Under the pieces are notes generated by a model. That model searched no databases, was not told where the DNA came from, and was given only the letters and a program-made list of their open reading frames with translations. Shown here piece after piece: positions 58,088 to 64,000 of a stretch of DNA of 64,000 nucleotides. Both the position numbers and the translations under genes were made by a program. The stretch lies in the NCBI RefSeq assembly GCF_009914755.1, contig NC_060936.1. The stretch is one strand, 5' to 3'. Each line of letters begins with the position of its first letter. The stretch's first letter is position 1. The DNA comes from the human T2T-CHM13v2.0 reference genome, Homo sapiens.

Positions 58088-58609
58088 TGAAACCAGCCCA
58101 ATTGTCCCATAGAACTGATGGTTTATTTATGATTTCTTTTGAATAAATGTAGAAATGGAATCTTCCAGTCTTGAAATGTGAGAAAGTTACATTTTTCCTA
58201 TCTGATTTTTTTTTTTTCAGGAAACTGACCATCAGGCCTCCCAGAGAGTATCAAGGAGCTGAAACTCACCAGGTCACTGCACCTGCACAATGAGATGCCA
58301 AGCCCCTCACCCGTCATGACTTCCTCACTGACTGCCTGCTTCCTGTTGACCAACTCCTCTTCCTTACCCCTCCCTAATTCCTGTTTTCCTGTACATGGTG
58401 ACATACCTTCCTTGCTATATGAACCCTTAATTTTAGTTGGTTGAGGAGATAGATTTGAGAATGATCTCCCATTTCCTTGGAGCACCCGATTAAAGCCTTC
58501 TAGCACCCAATTAAAGCCTTCTTCCGTGGAAATACTCCTGGTCTCGGTGATTGGCTTTCTGTGCAGCCAGCAACAGGACCTAGATGGAACCCCTGGTGTG
58601 TTGGTAACA
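58088..58609 (+). mobile_element. ERV1-class solo LTR (MER66-like), copy 3
   Basis: TGAAACCAGCCCAATTGTCCCATAGAACTG...TTGGTAACA; host L1 resumes on both sides. Confidence 0.82.
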
Positions 58610-60374
58610 TTTTCACCTTTTGAAAGACATTTGGGTTATTTCTGGCTTCTGGCTATTATAATTAAGACTGCTATGAACATTTGTGCACAGGTTTATGTGT
58701 GAACAGAAGTTTTACTTTCCCTAGGATAAATACCCAGGAGTTGTTGGAATACAGATGTGGTAACTGAGATACAAAGCGATTAGGAGACATGTCCAAACTC
58801 ACCCAGTTTGTAAGAGGAAACTCAAGATTTAAGCATGAGAACTCTAACTCTAGACCCTGTTTTTATAACCACTATGCTATGGTGCTCCTTAATAACCAAA
58901 ATTATAATAATGTTAACATTACATTATCACTTAACATATCTGGGCCAACATGAAGTTCTGCATTATAATCATCTTTAATATTCACAGCCTGCCCCCGTGC
59001 GGGAGGGTCTGGCATGGGTCTTCATTACAGATGAAGGACTGAGGCTTAAGGAAGTTATGTAATTTGCTGAGGAGCAGACTAATATTTGATGGTGACAGAC
59101 AAGACCCAGGGTCAAGGCAACTGCTCTCTCTGGAAGGGGAGGGGGCGGAGACTTTGTCCTTGGTTGCGTGGTGTTTACTATGTGCATAATGGTGGCTACT
59201 CCTGGCTCCATGATGAGATAGAGCCACATCTCTGTCAGTGAGAACTGGGACCGTGAACATTCTAGGACAGTACATCCCTCTAAGACTCCGACAGGGCCAG
59301 CTCATTCCTGTGGGTGGCATATTAGATTGCAATGGCTTCTGTGCCGATTCTGTGTTTGCTTTTCAGGGTTTTAGGGCTAGTTTATTAGCATGTTGATAAT
59401 TCAATTTGCCATACTTCCATGAGATATTTGAGCCATGAAATGTCTAATAAAGATTTAGGACTGGGGATATTTTTATTTTAAGCAAATGATAGAAGTATTT
59501 GCTCTAAGCAATAAGCTTCTTTGGTCCAAGCAACAGAAATCATCTCTGGCTATCTTAAGCAATAAGAAAAGTAACCAGGAGAGCATCAGGTGGCTCCAAG
59601 AATCAACCAGAAGTCTGGAGAACAGGCCTCAGAAGAGGAAGCTCCAGGGACCCAGGTACAAGAAAATATCCCACATTTTCTTTAGTCAGTTGTTGCCAAA
59701 GGAAGCTCCAAACATTTCCAGCTTCCTGCATTTATGAGACCTGCTCTGGGTTTCCACTCCCACTTACTTATAAGTGAATGTAGAGTCACATTCTCTTCCC
59801 AGGAGCTATTTACAGCTTTACCCTAGCTTCCAGATATAGTTTGAAAACGTCTACTTTTCCCAGACTCAAGGAGGCTTTTTTCCCCTTTCCATTTGTGAAC
59901 AAATGGGAATTGCTTTTCTAGGCAGGGGGCCTCCTTCCACATTTAAAATCTTGCTACTTAGGCCCCCTTCCCAGGTGCTGGTATTGAATTACAATATTAG
60001 TTTCCCACATAAGTGAGAAAGTTTTTTCCCCAGGAAAAGGGGAAAGGTAAAGTCCCTGCAGAATCAAAGCAAACACAGGCTTTCGTCACCAATGACAACC
60101 TTGGCTAAGGCCATCCTTACCACTTCAGGAAGATGATCCCTCTGTTGTGTTTCACAGGTTCAAATATACCCTCCTCCTCAAATGAGACGAAGCCATTGTT
60201 CACTCAGAGATCAAAGTGAGCTACTGTGCTGGACTCTGACTCAAAGCCTGGGTGGTGAATGGCACTGCATGAGAGTGGCAAAAGAGTATCCGAGTTTATT
60301 ATAGGAACCAAAGCCTTAATTCTTCGACTTTTAAGCCCATTTTGCCCACCCATTGTATATAGTGAAGGCCTATC

Positions 60375-60800
60375 TGATATGGTTTGGATTTGTATTGCCA
60401 CCCAGATCTCATGTTGAATTGTAATCTGCAGTGTTGGAGGAAGGGCTTGTTGGGAGGTGATTAGATCATGGGGGTGGATTTCTCCCTGGCTATTCTTGTG
60501 ATAGTCAGTGAGTTCTCATGAGATCTGGTTGTTTAAAAGTGTTGTGATAGCAAGTGAGTTCTCATGAAATCTGGTTGTTTAAAAGTGTGTAGCACCTCTC
60601 CACTCTCCCTCTTTCTTCTGTTCCAGCCATATACGACATACCTGCTTCCTCTTTGCCTTCCACAGATGATTGTAAGTTTCCTGAGGCCTCCCCAGCCATG
60701 CTTCCTATAAAGCCTGCAGAACCATGAGCCAATTAAACCTCTTCATAAATTACCCAGTCTCAGGTAGTTCTTTATAGCAATGCAAGAATGGACTAATACA
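60375..60800 (+). mobile_element. MSTA-like solo LTR with 46-bp internal duplication
   Basis: TGATATGGTTTGG...GACTAATACA; perfect TSD CTATC. Confidence 0.9.
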
Positions 60801-61554
60801 CTATCCCTGCACCGACAGCCTCAAGGCTACCTCATTCCACCGCTGTTCTCTGCATTCAAGTCATGGAGCCTGATCTTTTCACCAAGAAAAAATAAATTTT
60901 CCAGAAGGCTTGTGTTTTCACCTGCCTTTCAGCTGAGGGAAAATTCATCCCAAAGGAGCCAGCACTTTGCCTGGTGAGCTCTGTGTACTTACTTTCCTCC
61001 CACTAATATTTCCATTTTTTGCCTGAAGAATGTTGTTGGGCACTTCTAAAAAGAGTAGGAAAAGCTATACTATAATAGAGTTTGTGTCCGCTTATTGAAG
61101 TGTTATGTGCCGAACTGACCTATAATGGGAAAAATAGAAAATTGTTTTATTTATTTAATCAACTGGATTAGAGTGTAGGAATTGAGTTTTATATAAAATC
61201 CTACATGGTGTCTGGTTAGTAATAGACACTTATCAGTGTAAAGAGACAGTGGAATATCTACCTTCCTTTTGTTGCCCTAGCATATATTTCAAGCTTCATT
61301 TCATTGGGTTCTAGATTTTCTGAAGCTAAAACCTTGACCCCCATACCTATCTTTCAGGGAGACCGTATGAGATAGAGGTGAAAAGATCTGGTGTGTAATA
61401 ATAGCTGACATTAATTTTGCACTTGATGTATAACTGACATTAATTATGCACTTGATGTATTTCAAGAACCTTTCTAAGTCCCCATTTGTTTTCATAAAAT
61501 CTTCACAGTAGCTCTCCAAATGAATGAAATATTTGTTTCTGTTTTGCAAATAAA

Positions 61555-62750
<1,196 letters not shown>

Positions 62751-63199
62751 AGTAAAAAGCAAAAGCAAAAATAAAACTGTTGTTTTTCTTTTTCCATCAT
62801 GCCTTATCGTCCCTGAAGCAATAAACATGCAATACTCTAGCTGTTTCCTAAATGGGAAGAAAAATTACAGGATAAAATTTAATACATGAGCTCCCATTAA
62901 AAAATATTATTCCACCACATATGCCATGTTTTAAAAGATATATTATGTTCCCTAGTGGAATGGAGGTGTATGCAAAGGAAGCTGGTATATGAGGCTGAGA
63001 TCTTATCACTTGTTTGTTCCTTTCTGTGCTGTTATTTTGTTATCTCTCAGTGACTCAATAGTTCCCAGAAAGTATGATTATATGCTTGAGACACTGTTCC
63101 CAAGCCCAGTGCTTTTGCTCTGTTCCATCAGCTGATGGCACAAACGTTCATGCACATCATGACTATGGTGATGCGTCACACTCAAACCATCTGCCTCAT

Positions 63200-63900
63200 C
63201 TCGTCAGTCCCACCCTTGTGGAATATTTTTTCCTCTTGGATCCCTCTTCATGCCTCTTTAGTAGTTTTTCTTTATTTCCCCAAGTATCAACGCCAGAGAG
63301 CGCCCAGGCTCAGTCTTGGACCTCTTCTCCATCTACATTCTCATGGAGTCTTGTGGCTTTAAACATCATCTATACACCAATGTTTCTCAAATGTATATAT
63401 CCAGCCGGAGGCATCCCTCTGACTCTAGAGTCATATATCCAAATTTCTTCTTGATATTTTCTATTGGATGTATGAAATATTTCTCAAATTGAGCACATCC
63501 AAAATTAATCCTCATCTTCCTAGTGCATTTATTACAGTTTTATCTCATTAAATGGCACCATCATTCATGCAGTTGCTCAGGCCAAAATCTTTGCAATTGT
63601 TCTTGAATCTTCTCTTTTTCTTATAACTGACAGCAAGTCTATCAGTAAATCCCATCAGCTCTACTTTTAAATAACCGGAATCTGATCAATTCTGGTGACG
63701 TCAGTGCTACCTGGTCCAAACCACCATTATGTCTCTTGACTGAATTACACAACAGCCTCCTGACTGATCCCCCCTATTTCTGCTTTATTTTCTCTATAAA
63801 AGTGAGGACAGTGAGGGTAGAACCTAGAGTTTATGCACTTCTGAATCCCCAGTGTCTACAGGATTGTGAACATGTATCATGAGCTCAAAAAAATATTTGA
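63200..63900 (+). mobile_element. L2
   Basis: CAGGCTCAGTCTTGGACCTCTTCTC...AATGGCACCA.CATTCA..CAGTTGCTCAGGCCAAAA. Confidence 0.8.
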
Positions 63901-63902
63901 TG

Positions 63903-64000
63903 GGACGGTCATGGTGGCTCACGCTTCTAACCCCAGCACTTTGGGAGGTTGAGGTGAGTGGATCACTTGAGCCCAGGAGTTGGAGACCAGCCTAGGTGAC
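63903..64000 (+). mobile_element. AluJ-like 5' part (cut by window edge)
   Basis: GATCACTTGAGCCCAGGAGTT.GAGACCAGCCT. Confidence 0.9.

Larger units (their letters stand above)
56340..58745 (-). mobile_element. L1MC/ME 3' fragments split by FAM, (TA)n and LTR
   Basis: CAGTTCCCCTATTATTAACATCTT...ACAATTAATGAACCAATATTGA...GCTATGAACATTTGTG.ACAGGTTT. Confidence 0.8.

Overview
Primate (human-like) non-coding genomic DNA, intergenic or deep intronic, dominated by interspersed repeats. It holds about 28 Alus (J/S/Y) plus one FAM monomer, old L1M/L2/MIR fragments, many MaLR solo LTRs (THE1, MST, MLT1), three solo LTRs of one ERV1-like family (MER66-like), a MER77-like LTR and DNA-transposon fossils (MER5, MER20, MER58, MER103, Tigger3). 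I can support no protein-coding gene, structural RNA gene, CpG island or CRISPR array. The ORFs I could assign come from Alu, L1 or microsatellite sequence; the rest are short and unrecognisable. I found no convincing new biological system. The most notable signals are: (i) two, possibly three, tiny 5'-inverted (twin-primed) L1 insertions of about 50-100 bp, two with clear TSDs; (ii) a ~165-bp templated copy pasted 1.29 kb away into an L2; (iii) an MLT2 LTR that ends at a TSD-less Alu; (iv) several local tandem duplications; (v) repeat-free islands and splice-bounded segments that may be enhancers or lncRNA exons. Repeat family names come from recalled consensus sequences, so subfamily calls are tentative.
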